The notes under the pieces are model-generated. The model saw only the letters and a list, made by a program, of their open reading frames with translations. It did no database searches and was not told the DNA's origin. A stretch of 64,000 nt of DNA. It comes from Kudoa neothunni (taxonomy: Eukaryota; Animalia; Cnidaria). This document shows, one piece after another, positions 41,472 to 54,600 of the stretch. The stretch is from assembly GCA_964304625.1 (NCBI GenBank), contig OZ199838.1, positions 8,457,794-8,521,793 on the forward strand, in the 5' to 3' direction. The translations under genes and the position numbers were made by a program. The stretch's first letter is position 1. The number at the start of each line of letters is the position of its first letter.

Positions 41472-42399
41472 TTATTAAACTCTAAAAGTTGAGAATTAAA
41501 GATAAGCTTGATAATCTTGTGTACCTAGAAAGGTGTTCCTTCTGAATTAATTATCGAGAAATTTTTCTTTTAAACTTAATTTTTGGAATTAAATTATAAA
41601 CAAATTTGGATTTACCAAAGTTCGGTGGGGTAAGAAAAAGCAAATGATCTACGTTAGAACCATGACATATAAGGCCGCGCGAGTGTTAAAAATGAAGTTG
41701 CTATTTTACGTTTAATTTAATCTTGAAATTTTGTGATTTAATCTTATACAATCGTCTATCTCTATATATATTTTAATTTTTAAATGTGACGAAAAAACAA
41801 TAATTAAATCTAATACATTAAATTTGTTCCAAGACATTATTCGCTGTTAATGCTTATCATTGATAATTATAGGCATTCTTCGGTATTTAGAATAATATTA
41901 ATTATACTACTAAAATTTTCACAATTTTCACAATTAAACATCATTTTCGATTATCAATAATGATATTTCAGTTTATACATTTTTTTAGCGGTTATCTCTT
42001 GCTAAATTTGATAGGTATTTAATTAATTATGGAACATATTTGCCATCGGATTTTTAAACCGTTGTTTCCCACATAATAATAGTACAAATTGATACATCAA
42101 TTATAATAAAAATTATAATATCTGCAACAAATTTATTAAAAAAATTGTTAACATCATTATTTAACTCTTTCGAAATTACTTATTTTCATCATAATGACCA
42201 AAACTCACTTACAACACAATGTCTTAATGTAACGTTCCCTCTTTATTTGTTTATAATTTAATTAATTGATGAAAATCTTATTCTCTAAGGTAAATTCTAT
42301 ATTAAAAGTTACATAAAATTTAAATATTATAGATTTCAGGAATACAAAATAAAATATTCCTTTGCAGAAGAGCAAAATTACATGATCTTGTGCAATTAT

Positions 42400-44467
42400 A
42401 ACAAAATCTTACGCCTCCTATAATAATTTTCATCATTTCATGTGTAAAAATTCGTTTAAACGGCAAAAAACATCCAGATAACGCTATTGCGCAGACATAA
42501 AACACAACTTAGTAATGTTTCGAGATTAATCTAACGTATGATTATTTTCAAACATGTTATACGTGCCAATTATTTGTTTATTGCATCATTTTAATATTTC
42601 ATATAAGATTTAATCAATGAGTTAATCAATCCGAACCATTATATAGGTTTCTTGAAAATTTTAGAAGATAGATATTTTAGTTGATTCATTAAGCCAAAAG
42701 AAAGTAACATTTAATTATTTTGTTATAATTGATTGTCATTGGTCGGATTCCTCCAAGATTCTATCGGATCCGGTATATTTGATTTATCATCAATTTGATC
42801 ACTGATATTTGGCTCTCAGCGATATATGAATAAAAGAAATCAATTTGTGTTTAGTAATTAAGTCCACAGTTTTTTGAAATATTTAAATGCCATCCACATT
42901 GTTATCATGATCCATTTGTCGTAGTTACATTATTTACATTAAATGTAATACAAATACTTTCTACATTATTTTTAAATAATTTTTAAATTTGATCAGCGGT
43001 TAAACTCCGCTTTAATGAAGAAATTAAGTCCGTAGATTTATCATCTATTTTATGCGAAATATTAGTGTTGATTTAACCCCAAAACAATCTAATAATGAAA
43101 GCGTACAAAAATTTTTATTATTATAGTTTTATTATTTATGTACAATGACCACACATTATATAGTTTAAAATAAACGAATCTATTCAGTTTTAAAGAGAAA
43201 CTTGCAATCTTGTAATAAAACCAAGATACTAATAAATTTATGCACGCGGACAAAATTTATAATTAAAATCAAAAAACTACAAAATCAAAAATTTGTCGCA
43301 AGTGCCACTATTATTCGTATTTGATATTTTTCACCCAAATATTAATATATCTAGTTTATTCACAAATAATGATTTATATATACATTTAACCAGCGTTTCC
43401 AACCATGTCCTATTTTTATTCTTGTACTTCGAAATAATGAATAATCGCAAACAATGTTTCAAAGATAAGGAGTTATTGCAAATTAACAAAAAATGGAATT
43501 TAATCGTTGCTGATTTCATTACGGGAAATCTTCGAATAGAAAACTTTATACTTGAAACAATGCTTTATTTCAAATTAAAATGTCTGCAATAGGAGTTCAC
43601 CAAACACAAGATACAATTAGAAATTTTAGTAATTCATAAATCCTATGTAATACAAAAAATGAGCTTAAAAATATGCCAAAAATTTATCAGAATGAACACA
43701 TTTTTCAATGTTATGCTTCTGTTAAGACCAACATTTTGGATTTTTTACCATTATTAGCGGCAATACACAGTTCCATCGTGACCATGAATCATTTTGGAAT
43801 TATTACGAAAAGATTTTTGTGTTTGAATTCTGAATGCTTAAATTTAAAAAAATGACTCTGATGTTGGTGATATCCAATGCTAAGTTATCATTACAAGTGT
43901 TTGTTATCAATTTTCATAAAATTCTAATTTTAGATATTACCTAAATATTAACTACTGGACTAATTTTTCTTAATTTTAATGAATAAATGGTCGCACATAA
44001 AAATAAAACCTCATCTAGGTATAGTTGTTACGTGTTATTCAAAAATCGAACGAGAGACTGTAATACAATCAATCGAAATTAAAGGAATTGAATAGGCTCC
44101 AAAACAAAGTTTGTCTGATTAAATTATTAACAATCGCCTTTTTAGCCATTGTTTATCGGCAAATAAATTTTAATTCTATCGGAAAATACAGCACATCTTA
44201 ACTTCCTCTAGCTCTGATTAACGCTTTTTCGGAAAGAGCATTTTCTCTTCTGAAATTATCGAAAACATCCGAAGAAATAGAATGTTGTGCTCTACATTAA
44301 ATAATCTTGTTCTAATGAGGAATTTTTTCAACACCTTGACAAAATGATGTCATAAATTTGAAGTTTCTGAGTTAATTATAAATTAACGTAATATTTATAC
44401 ATATAATTAAATATTAGCTCCCTTCTTACAAAAAATCTGGTTTGTCCGATTTTGGTTGGCAACGTTT
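42400..44467 (+). mobile_element. Very old hAT-like remnant
   Basis: Dimerisation-like NAFSERAFSLLKLSKT at ~44220-44270 and a terminus-like ttggcaacg at ~44460. The rest is barely readable. Confidence 0.45.
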
Positions 44468-46104
44468 TCTTTAACTCACTAAAATTTATGTATTCTCCTA
44501 ACTTATTATAAGGTATATTCTACGCAAGTTTTATCAAAAAATAAAAAAATTTTATCTTCGAAAAAATCTATTGGCTATATTCTGAGTAAAACAGTGGAAA
44601 ATGTAGCAGATAATATAATCCCATTTAATCTGGTACGTGTTGTTTTGGTAAAAACTCATATTTTGTCGCGTAATTAGCTTAATTCTGTGATTCATGCTTT
44701 TACAACAAAAAATAACAGCAATTAATTTTTCAACAATGAAAACATTTTAACGTTTTTTATAAAACGAAAATGTTTGTAATACATTATCTTGAATGGTTAC
44801 ATCTATTCGCCGAATGGGTTTGACAATAAGAGCCAAGACAATTTGTACGTGCTGAGGTTTTTTTATCATTTACTCGCGAACAAAAATTAAAACGAGAACT
44901 TTTCTCTTTTGTTATCATTATGTTATTCTAGAAGTGGTTGATAGAGAGCAGCGGCCATTTCTTTCAAGAAAGTGCGCCTTAGTTTATTTTTACAATTAAA
45001 AATGTTTTTGTATAATTCAAACGCATTTACCAAGGATAAATCCAGCATGTTAAAGAAAACAATCATTGGCCATCTTCTATTGAATCTCCTAACGGTGACA
45101 GATGCCAACATTCTATCAACTGAATCGACACTACCTTTCGCTTTATAATTAACAATAACTTCAGGTTTTTTTTGATAATATCGTTCGTTATGTTCATATT
45201 TGTCGTTCCAGTTGGTAACAAAATGACAGATTTATTTTTCTTATTTACATACGACGTTACCATAAATTTCTCGTAAAATAGAAAAGTCGTACGAAATAAA
45301 TCCCTTATTTTGGATGGAAGAGCACATGTTGGAATGTCTCTTAATGTGGCGTATAATATCCAAATACGTTGGACGTTTACGTAACAACTTTTATGCGAGT
45401 GGGAGAGATGTAAAAAAGTTGTCTGCTACAATATTTCTTCCAGAATCAAATAATGGTTCAGACAATGTCATGACTATAGATTCCTCAACACTTGAATTCC
45501 GGACGTTGTCGATTGCATTTTTTCAGAGATACGGCGAAACATTTAAAACATATTTTTCAACTGGGTCTACAAGCGGAAAGAATTTAATTCCATATTTCGC
45601 TGGTTTTAGAAGCATGTACTGTCTAAATGGACATTTACCTCCAAAAGCGACCAACTGCTCGTCTATGATAACATCTTGGTTAGTATTAAAATATTGTGGT
45701 AATTGTTTCACCCACATTTGCCATAAACTGCGGATTGAACAAAATATATCTGTTTCTCTTCTTTCTGCTTTTATCCTATAATCATCAAAATGAAGAACTT
45801 TCGTGATTTGTTCAAATCTATTCTTCGAAAAAATTTCTCGATAATTTTCCTCGCCTTCAGCTAAACTAAAGAATTCTATAAAGGTTCCTCTCTATCCTTA
45901 TGTACAGCCATAAGGATGAGGATACCCAAATATCCATTGAACTCAACAATATCAACATTAATCCAGTCGTCTTCAAAATAATTCCTTCCAAATAAATTGG
46001 TCGATTCAATTATTTTTTCACAGATGGTTTTTATAAATAATATAAAAAAATCTACAAGATTTTGTACACGTTGTATACATTATGCCGTTACACCGGGATA
46101 GGAA

Positions 46105-48961
46105 TCCACTATATATACAAAGTTCTTATGTCTGTCAGTGTACGTCAGTTTGCATTTAAATAGATGATACCATTAATAAAAATCTTTCATTTACTTAGAA
46201 GTATAAATATAATCAGTACCGCGTTAAAAAGTACTTGCATAATATTGATATTTGTTTACTTCAGAACGATAGCCAATTAAAATGAACTTTCACTCACTAT
46301 ATACAAAGAGAATGTACTAATTATGGTGTAGAATATTCTAAAAATTTTGCATATGCCTGTTCGGAGTAATTTTAAGACAAATAAAACTATTAACGTCACA
46401 TTTACAAGAGTATGATCCTTTTAAATAAAGCATATAATTCGAGATTAATTTGTTGCCATGTTGGAACAATTTTGGTCTCTATGCGCATTCTAAAAATGAT
46501 GTAAGATGTGTGTAGAGTTTTCAAATAATTAAATTTTTGTGAAAATTTCTTTTTATCAAATATATCGATTGAGATTTAAACTATATTCGTCTTTTCGATA
46601 AGTTTTTACTCATTTTTTGGGTTTCCTAAACTTTCTTGCAAAATAACTGACAAAACTAATTCAATGAGTTTCTATACTTGATGAGACGATTTTTTAAATA
46701 ATGTTTAAGTTCTTAGTTACTTAATTATTTCTTACCCCTAGACCTTAAGGTTAATATTCAAATCAATATATAATTTTCATTTTCGCTAAAAATAATTCAT
46801 TAAGATATAAAAGCTGCATGAAAATATGCGACACCGCATTCTATACGTAGTTTAAGAATTTAACTTCACGTTACTTTTGCACAAAGTACGGTCCCCTCTC
46901 AATACGTGCCATGTAATTTAACAAGAAATTATTGGTCTATTCGATCTAACCGATATTTACACAAAGCTTTCGTTAATCTAAGAGTAGTTCAATACAACGA
47001 AATTTTTTTAGGGCTATCAAACAGTACGTTTATTTTTAAAATAGGTGCACTCCTTCGATAAAACAAGTTGATATTTAAGCATTACTTTAATTTTTCAAAC
47101 TAAAAACACCTTTACGTTTTGGATTGATCATATTTTGTTAATTTAATGTGTATTTTTTGAGTCAGTTAGTATTTTTGTTAAAATTAAGATTGACATTTAT
47201 GTAAAAATCAAAAAATTGTTCTAAAATAATGAATACGTAAGTTACCACTCATAGATTGTTAAAACCTCATTACCGGATTTTGCATCCAAAGTCGAACTTT
47301 AAACATTCTAAATGACCTTTTTTTTGGTCACGAATTGAACTTTTAGACGAGTTGTACCGAATTGTTCTCACGTTGGTTAGAATGTCAAAGCAGCGAAGTC
47401 ATTCGAATAGGAACCGCGAGAGAGTGATAGATTTGGTTGTAAATAGGGGTAAGAGCCAGCGAGAAGTTGCTGAATTTTTTGGCATTCCCAAATCAACTCT
47501 TTGTGGAATAATCAATAACTATAGAAGTTCAGAAAAAATCCATAAAGCACCTAAGGGAGGTTGTAGAAATATTTCCCTTACTTCAGAGGTGAAGAACAAC
47601 TTGATAAAATTAATAGAGGATGACTGCACCATCACATTACAATCGATGATTGACAAGCTGAACCTGACCGTCCATCCTACTACGGTTTGGAGATGGTTAA
47701 AATCAATGAACATGACATTCAAACTTGCGAGACCTATTCCACAAAGTAGAAATTGCGAATCAGTTAAACTGGAGTGAAGAGTGTATGCAGAGTGGTATTC
47801 AAGCATCTCCATTGATAGGAGATACAATAACGTAATATTTGTGGACGAAAGTCCTTTTACTCTACATATATTGAAGAATCATGGAAGAGTGCTGAGGGGC
47901 CAGACTCCTAATCCTGTGATTAGGAACAGTAGGGGAGATAACATCACCACGATATTAGCTGTAAGTGCCACCAATGTAGTGCATTGTGAGGCGGTTTTTA
48001 GTAACGTTAATCATGAGATATTCCAAGGATTTTTGACAAAATTGAATGAAATTTTAGGAAGTGACGATTTCACGATCGTCATGGATAATGTTCGCTTTCA
48101 TCATACCAATATGGAATTTTATGATGAATATGATTACAAAGTAGTTTACTTGCCAAGGTATAGCCCTTTCTTAAATCCCTGTGAGGAAGTTTTTTCCCAA
48201 ATAAAATCAAAAATTCGGCGCGACGGCCCTATAAGAGGAAGAGATGATCTCCTCAATAGGATGAAAGAAGCCTCCAATGCTGTAAGTTCCAATAATTTGA
48301 AGAATTATTATCAGCATGCGGAAACTTTCCTTGGAAAATGTCATGCATTACTTGATATTGAAAGAAATTAACTGAAATGTAAAATAACAATTTATCGATT
48401 ACTTTTTGTTTAGTTGCGTTACGTACTCTCTTTCATTGCATTAACTAAGCTCTAATACACCTTAACAATAAATCTAATATTTTTAATTTCTATTTTTTAA
48501 TGACTTTAAATTTGGTTATTAAAATTTCGACTTTGACTATCAAATAGTTCGACTTTGGATGCAAAACCCGGTAACATCCTTTATAAAATTGCAAAAAAGA
48601 GTAAAAATCAACATTTCGTAACCAGAAGGATTAATTTTTATCGCAACATTTTGAAAGGGACTGAAAATCCTATCAAAGTTACCCAATGATTTTGTTTAAT
48701 AAATAAATGAACTTTAATCGTTAATTAAATTGCTCATGAAATTAAGGTAGTCATATTTTTGGTCAATCATTTGTAAAATAAACTTAAAAATACTCATTAG
48801 TTTCCCTCAATACCTCTATTTATATTTGAATGGAAAGTGCGCGCATAATTTTGTTTTTCTAAATCATCACATTGCCAAATAATGACAAGTTTAAAATGCA
48901 TAAATTAAAATAGAAAATTTTTCGTCACATAGTATCAGAAAAACTTGAGCATTAGCGCTAG
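46105..48961 (+). mobile_element. Non-autonomous Helitron-like element (copy 3), lacking the 3' hairpin
   Basis: A|TCCACTATATATAC ... GCGCTAG|T. Removing it restores the piggyBac reading ENIMNSYPGVT with no TSD. Colinear with copy 2. Confidence 0.9.
47273..48571 (+). mobile_element. IS630/Tc1-like transposon; transposase 47382-48371 has a single in-frame TGA
   Basis: 26-bp TIRs (1 mismatch) ccgg(a/g)ttttgcatccaaagtcgaact with TA TSD. Motifs IFVDESPF and MDNVRFHH...YSPFLNPCEE. ORFs 47352-47777 and 47781-48371 are in the same frame. Confidence 0.96.
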
Positions 48962-49832
48962 TTCATAATATTTTCGGTCGTAGTTTTAGATGGCGTAGGT
49001 TGTTTGACTCTCCAAACAATTCCATTTTTGCCGATAGTTGGATTCCCAGTAACATCGACTGCTAAGGATTCCTCCGAAATTTCAGAAGGTTCAGATACAA
49101 AGTCATCAAATTCACTTTCTGATGATAGTAAATCTTTACTATATATCTCAGATTCGCTCAGTGACATTTTCCAAATAAAACCACATGTGCGCATGTATTA
49201 AGATTCGAAAACACGTTTCTTAGAGATGTGATATAATTTAATGTAGTATTCGAATTTTTAAATGCCAAGAATTATCAATTTAATTTAAAAATGGAAGTTT
49301 ATCCATTATTGTACACAAAATAAAATATTCACAATAATATTTAGTTTACGATCCTGCGCGAGGAAAGTACCAAATGAAACGTAAAGGATTAAGTGGAATT
49401 ATCTGATACATTTTCCGCGGTTTTACTCAAAGTATAACCAATAGATTTCTAAAATATTCCATCGCTTCATTATTTAGATTTTTTTCGATAAATTCATTAA
49501 AAAACCTAGGTTCTAATTGACCCCAAGGTCTTTGGGGTGTTGTTTTTTGGTCTTTAGAAGGTTAATATAATGTTAGTAAAAATATTTCTCCAGAATAAAA
49601 AGGAATCCATTTTTAAATCTCTTTTTTGGAGGAGTGCGGAGTTGTCCTCCTAAGTGGTAGGGGGTGCAGAAATTAAAATGATTTGTGAAGCGCTGACTTA
49701 TCTTTTAAAAATTATCAAAAAAGGAACAATTTCAGATACTCACCACTCACCTGTCTTAGGGCTTGTTAATGCTTCGATTGTCGGCGAAACAACGTGAGAC
49801 ATGTGTCTGCGCACCAGAACCTAAAAATTAAG

Positions 49833-52605
49833 ATGGTTAAGCCGTTGAACTCTCCAATATTTTTATTTGCCCTGATTTTGGTTGTACTATTTTCACTAAA
49901 TTTTAAATTTATTGAACTGTCCCAAATTCAGTACGATGGCGATGTCGACGATGAAATTGATATTGAGCCGATCGGTGAAAATTATCGTTATCAACATCAA
50001 CAAATCAATGGTATTGAGCTTTTTAAAAAAAAACATTAATTTTTCTAGAATCTGCTATTGAATATGAGTCCAAAAAATCCGAAGACTCTGTAAGATTGAG
50101 AAATATGAAAAAATCGGCACCCAAATTAGTAATATAAGTTATTTTCCAATTTTTGAATAATTTTCCATCTAGAATATTTTGTGGAGTAGATTACCTGAGT
50201 ATAAAATAGAGTTAATTTTTGTGGGAATTGCTCTTTTGCTTATGGTTGTCTATTTGATGGGATCTAATATTAATACTTCGATTTCTCAGCAATGGTATTT
50301 ACTGTTATATTATCGTGGAGGCATAAATCAAAAAATAATTGCGTTTATCAATCCATAGGATTAATCGAAATAAAGCATACTTAAAATCACAATTTGATTT
50401 TTGCGGTATGTGTACTGAGAATATGCTATTATAAAAATCAAGTAATTTACTTTTACCAGGTAACACCAACCTAAATTCTGCTAACTTTATCCAAATCGAT
50501 GATAAAAAATTTATTCTCTGGTGTACTGGAAGTAAATTTTGCAAAGGAGCTCTATTAGAGTTGGATGTAGGGTCGAAAATTAATAATGATCAACTTTGTA
50601 CATTGTTCTTTTTAGTTATTTCCTCGACAATCATTGATAGATATATTTTGGATACTGCTTTCGAGGCGCCAAACAAAGGATTCATTGGTATCTTTTTGAT
50701 TCATGTTTACTTTTTAACATTGGTACGTGCTAATAAATGAAATTCTATTTTTACTTTAGAAATTGACCATCTACCTCAACAATGACACTGAAATTCCTAT
50801 TTTGGTTATGGGAGATAAACAAATTCTCGCCAAGGATGCTATGTTGAAGGCACATGTAAAGTTTTGATTCGAATAAGTTGTTCAATTTTTTATTGTTTAG
50901 ACTCAATTCTGTAAGGAAAGAAAGATTGATGTGATATTTGAAAACAAAAACTCCATCCCAACTAATTTGGTGGTTACCTCGGAGTTGAATGAGTTCTATT
51001 CTGCCATTTCAAAGAAATCGGTATATTAAATTAATTATTATAATGATAATAATAGCCTTTGAGATTTATCTCTTAATTTATTTTTATTTCGACAAATGAA
51101 ACAATTTAACTTGGTCATTTCGGAGTTAAATCCTTCCGGGCGTTGATAGGATTAATTTTACTACAAAAAACTTTACCATTTATTTTATATATTCTAATGG
51201 AATCCCAATAGCGCCTTAACTTTTGCCTTTTATCCAAAAAATATAGCATATGAAAATAAACTTATTATGAATGTTTACTGATTTTTTTTAATGTGCTATC
51301 GAAATTCTTACACTGACCTCTTGGGGATCGAATTGATCTCAGCTTAAAATAACATGAGTTAAACTTTTAATAATATTTTTTATAACTTTATCGAGATAAA
51401 GATCTAATTACAGAACTTAACAGATTAAACGAAAAATAAAAATTTGACGTAGATAAATGAAAAGTCGAGAGAATACACTTGAAAAATGAGTGATTTTTAG
51501 TGTGTTAACTTCAGAAAATGTATTTCAAGCGATTGAAATTGTTAAGAATAAACGATTGTATGATTTCTCCCTCAGAATTATTGGGATATGATTACGAGAC
51601 AATTAAAAATAAAAATATTATTTCCTGGGAGAATGATAGGTTAGAGCTTGTGAGAGTTTCAATATGGAACAGCAGTGTCAAATTTTTGTAATATAAAACT
51701 TTAGTTTAGATTGGCTCTAAAATTTTATAATAACTAACAAAAATATCGAATTAATTAAATTTATCACGTATAACATTAAATGTGTTAGTCAAATTTATTC
51801 TATAGTCAAGATAGTTTGATATACACCCGATTAACTGTCCTTTGATGTTTAGTTTGGACAGCTGTTCAGAAAGTATCACTCAATTATAAGATCAGTTCTA
51901 TTCACCGATCTTAAATACGACGAGTGTGTATTATTGTTGACTGCTGGCCTTATTTCTAAAACGGTGCTATAGATTTGAGAAAGAATTCACTATTTCTGAA
52001 CTTGATGATAACAATAAAAATGAAATATCAAAGTCTAAAACTATAACGATTGATTTGCAATGTAAACTATAATTCTAAATATTAGCTATATCATTCATTA
52101 TAGTCGAAAGTGGTTTCTTTAAATCCGAATTATGTTCAGATGTTGATTTTGGCGATTTTTTCGAAATATGGATGAAATCGGTTGAACAAATATCCCTCTC
52201 CAGTAATTTTTTCATCAGCAAGGAAGTACAATTATATTATTTAAAGTCGCCAGAACCTTACATGTTTATAGGGTAAAAATAAATTATCAAAGGCTAGAGC
52301 TGATATCCAGGCCAAGATACAGAAAAAAGAACATCAACTTCGCGTTGAAGTATTATTTTATTTCCTTATTGATTTGTTGGCCAAAGTTAAATATAACCTA
52401 TTAGAAAGCTATGCAACGAAAAGATATGAAAGTTAGGGAGGAAAATGAAAAGATTATGAGCACATCTAATCCTGTTCTTCAAATGAAATTACAGGTACCT
52501 ATTTTTTGAGTTCGTTTTATCAACGAATTATAGGCAAAGAAAGAAAAGAGAGAACAACGAAATGCGAAGAAAAAGATGGCGAAATCAGTCAAAATTGTCT
52601 CATAA
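49833..52605 (+). CDS. CCDC47: CCDC47 (PAT complex subunit), multi-exon
   Basis: Signal peptide, acidic lumenal stretch, TM helix followed by GSNINTSISQQW, FILWCTG, and a basic C-terminal coiled coil (...REENEKIMSTSNPVLQMKLQAKKEKREQRNAKKKMAKSVKIVS*). All introns are GT-AG. Confidence 0.82.
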
Positions 52606-53029
52606 AAATTTTGTTCCGATCTAACAATACTGCTAATGAGAACATAAAACTTTGTAGCTAAAGTATCAAATTTTAGATCAAATGAATAATTATTTATAGA
52701 AGTATGATTTGTAAATTAATGTTTTTGTCATATATTTGTGCGAAATTGAATTTGCTTTGGGTTTATTTTGTAATCTTTGGACTATAAATATTTGAAAAGC
52801 TTATTAAAATTAGTTGCATATAATTGTCTTATAACAGTCCAGCCTACATATAGATAATTTTCAAATTTCGGTATGTGTAAAATTTTAAATTGTAACGACT
52901 GGCTGAGTGATGATATTAAATGGATTAGGGTTTGTACGTAATTGTTTTTTTGAAGAAATTTTCCTAATCTGTTATATTTAATTATTTCTGACCAGTCGTT
53001 TCGCTCTTAGGGCAACAAATAATTAAATA

Positions 53030-54600
53030 CAGTCGAACCTCGATTATCCGGAAAATTTGGGACCCGCGATTTTCTTTCCGGATAGCGAGGTTCCGGTTAA
53101 TCGATCGTAAACAACGCCTTGAGCGCGCGCGGTTTTTTAAATTTCTACTTAAACGATTGTTTGTTTGATTTATAATTTTTTTCTATTTATTAAGTAAAAT
53201 ATTTTAACTTCTGCCATTTAAATTAAAAACGTTGACATATCTATTAACTGAGAATACGGAGACTTAAAAGAAAAACAATACGTAATTATGGCAGCTTCTA
53301 CACGTCTACAGAGGAATAACCTACTTTTTTAAATAATCGATAATTAATGTTCGTTTAATGTATATACAAGCATGTGTTCAGATATAGCGAAAATTTATAT
53401 AAAAACTGAAAGTTTAACTTAAGTTTTACAAGAAAAATATATTAATAAATAACCTAGAAATATTGTTTTAAATACTGCATTGGTATGTACCAGGGGTGGC
53501 CAGACTTGCCCAGATCGGGAGCAAACTTTAAGGTTGCCAAAATTTTCAAGAGCTACATGGCATCAAAATAATTTATGTACCTATTCCTTATTTATAACTT
53601 ACATTTTTAGAAAATTTCTGGTAAATATTTAGATAAAATGTTGTAGAATTATAAAAAAGGTTGTTTCATTTTTTTTATTTAGTTAATCCCTTGAAAACTT
53701 ACATATAATTTTTACAGGTATAATTTTTGATGGTTTTTTCAAAAAGTAAATTAATAGTTAATGACCTAATAAACTTTTTCTCTATGTAGAAGGTCGAAAA
53801 AATAATAAAATATTTGTCATATTTAATCATGTGATGGTCTGACAAAAAATAAAGTAAATTATTTACGAATAACATAATAACACAAGAATTTAATGCTTTC
53901 GAAATTGTTTCTAATGTAAAAAGGTTTTTTTGTTTCCATATTATCAGTAAGTTGACGGTAATCAGGTTTGTATGCTGTTAGCGCTGTACGAATCAGTTCC
54001 ATCAGGTGTTTGTTTGCGGGGAAGGGATCCGCGATGCTCTGATTTTACAAATTTCATCGTTGAATAAATAAACTCACAACAATAAGTTGTTCCAAAGATA
54101 GAAACAAGTTTGAGGCGAATTTCTTTTAAATTTGAATATTTAGTTTCTAGAACGTATTTCCACAATTCGCTTGGTGAGATGGAATTATGAATCATGTTTA
54201 AAGCTTTAATGAATGCTTTATTCTTTCGATATCTATCATTTTGATAATGGATAAACATTAATTCTAAGTGTACTCTCTAATTAATATGTAATAATTCAAG
54301 TTTGTATCAAATATTAAAACTACATGGTAGTTTGTAATTATGTTTTCTAATCAAAAATATTATCTAGTTTAAGATTAAATATTTAATTTCTTCGCTTGAT
54401 TAAATAGTTTAAATTTTGTACTTTTCTAAATTAACGTGCTGGTTGAATTAAAAAAAAAGTTCAACTAAAAACCTTTTTTTTCAAGGGTCACGGTTTGGCC
54501 ACCCTTGGTATATATGCTACATTGTATGTCGTACGGTGATGGGTGGTACTTTTATCCGGAAATATGATTAAATAGTTATACCGGTTTCCGGATAATCGAA
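53030..54600 (+). mobile_element. pogo/Tc1-type non-autonomous element (right end decayed)
   Basis: ta|cagtcgaacctcgattatccgg start; partial inverse ccggataatcga at ~54588-54599. Confidence 0.6.
53491..54507 (-). mobile_element. Internally deleted hAT (GTF2IRD2-like C-terminus)
   Basis: TIRs caggggtggcca / tggccacccttg; TSD gtatgtac/gtatatgc (6/8). ORF 53962-54258 contains SIFGTTYCCEFIYSTMKFVKS. Confidence 0.8.

Larger units (their letters stand above)
44760..49561 (-). mobile_element. Decayed piggyBac interrupted by a Helitron; left boundary approximate
   Basis: IIDEQLVAFGGKCPFRQY..KPAKYGIK, ADNFFTS, RWPMIVFFNMLD. The N-terminus at 48962-49166 joins 46104 in frame. Right end ...tctttagaagg|ttaa. 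Confidence 0.88.
36107..49695. mobile_element. Outer hAT-type element expanded by nested insertions
   Basis: TIRs CAGTGCTTCCCCAAT and (reverse complement) CAGCGCTTCACAAAT, 12/15 match. Flanks atttatct / acttatct match 7/8. Confidence 0.65.

Noticed and set aside
47775-47777. TGA read-through or an alternative genetic code
   Set aside because: PCNA ends in TGA at the expected position, and a CGA>TGA transition explains this stop.
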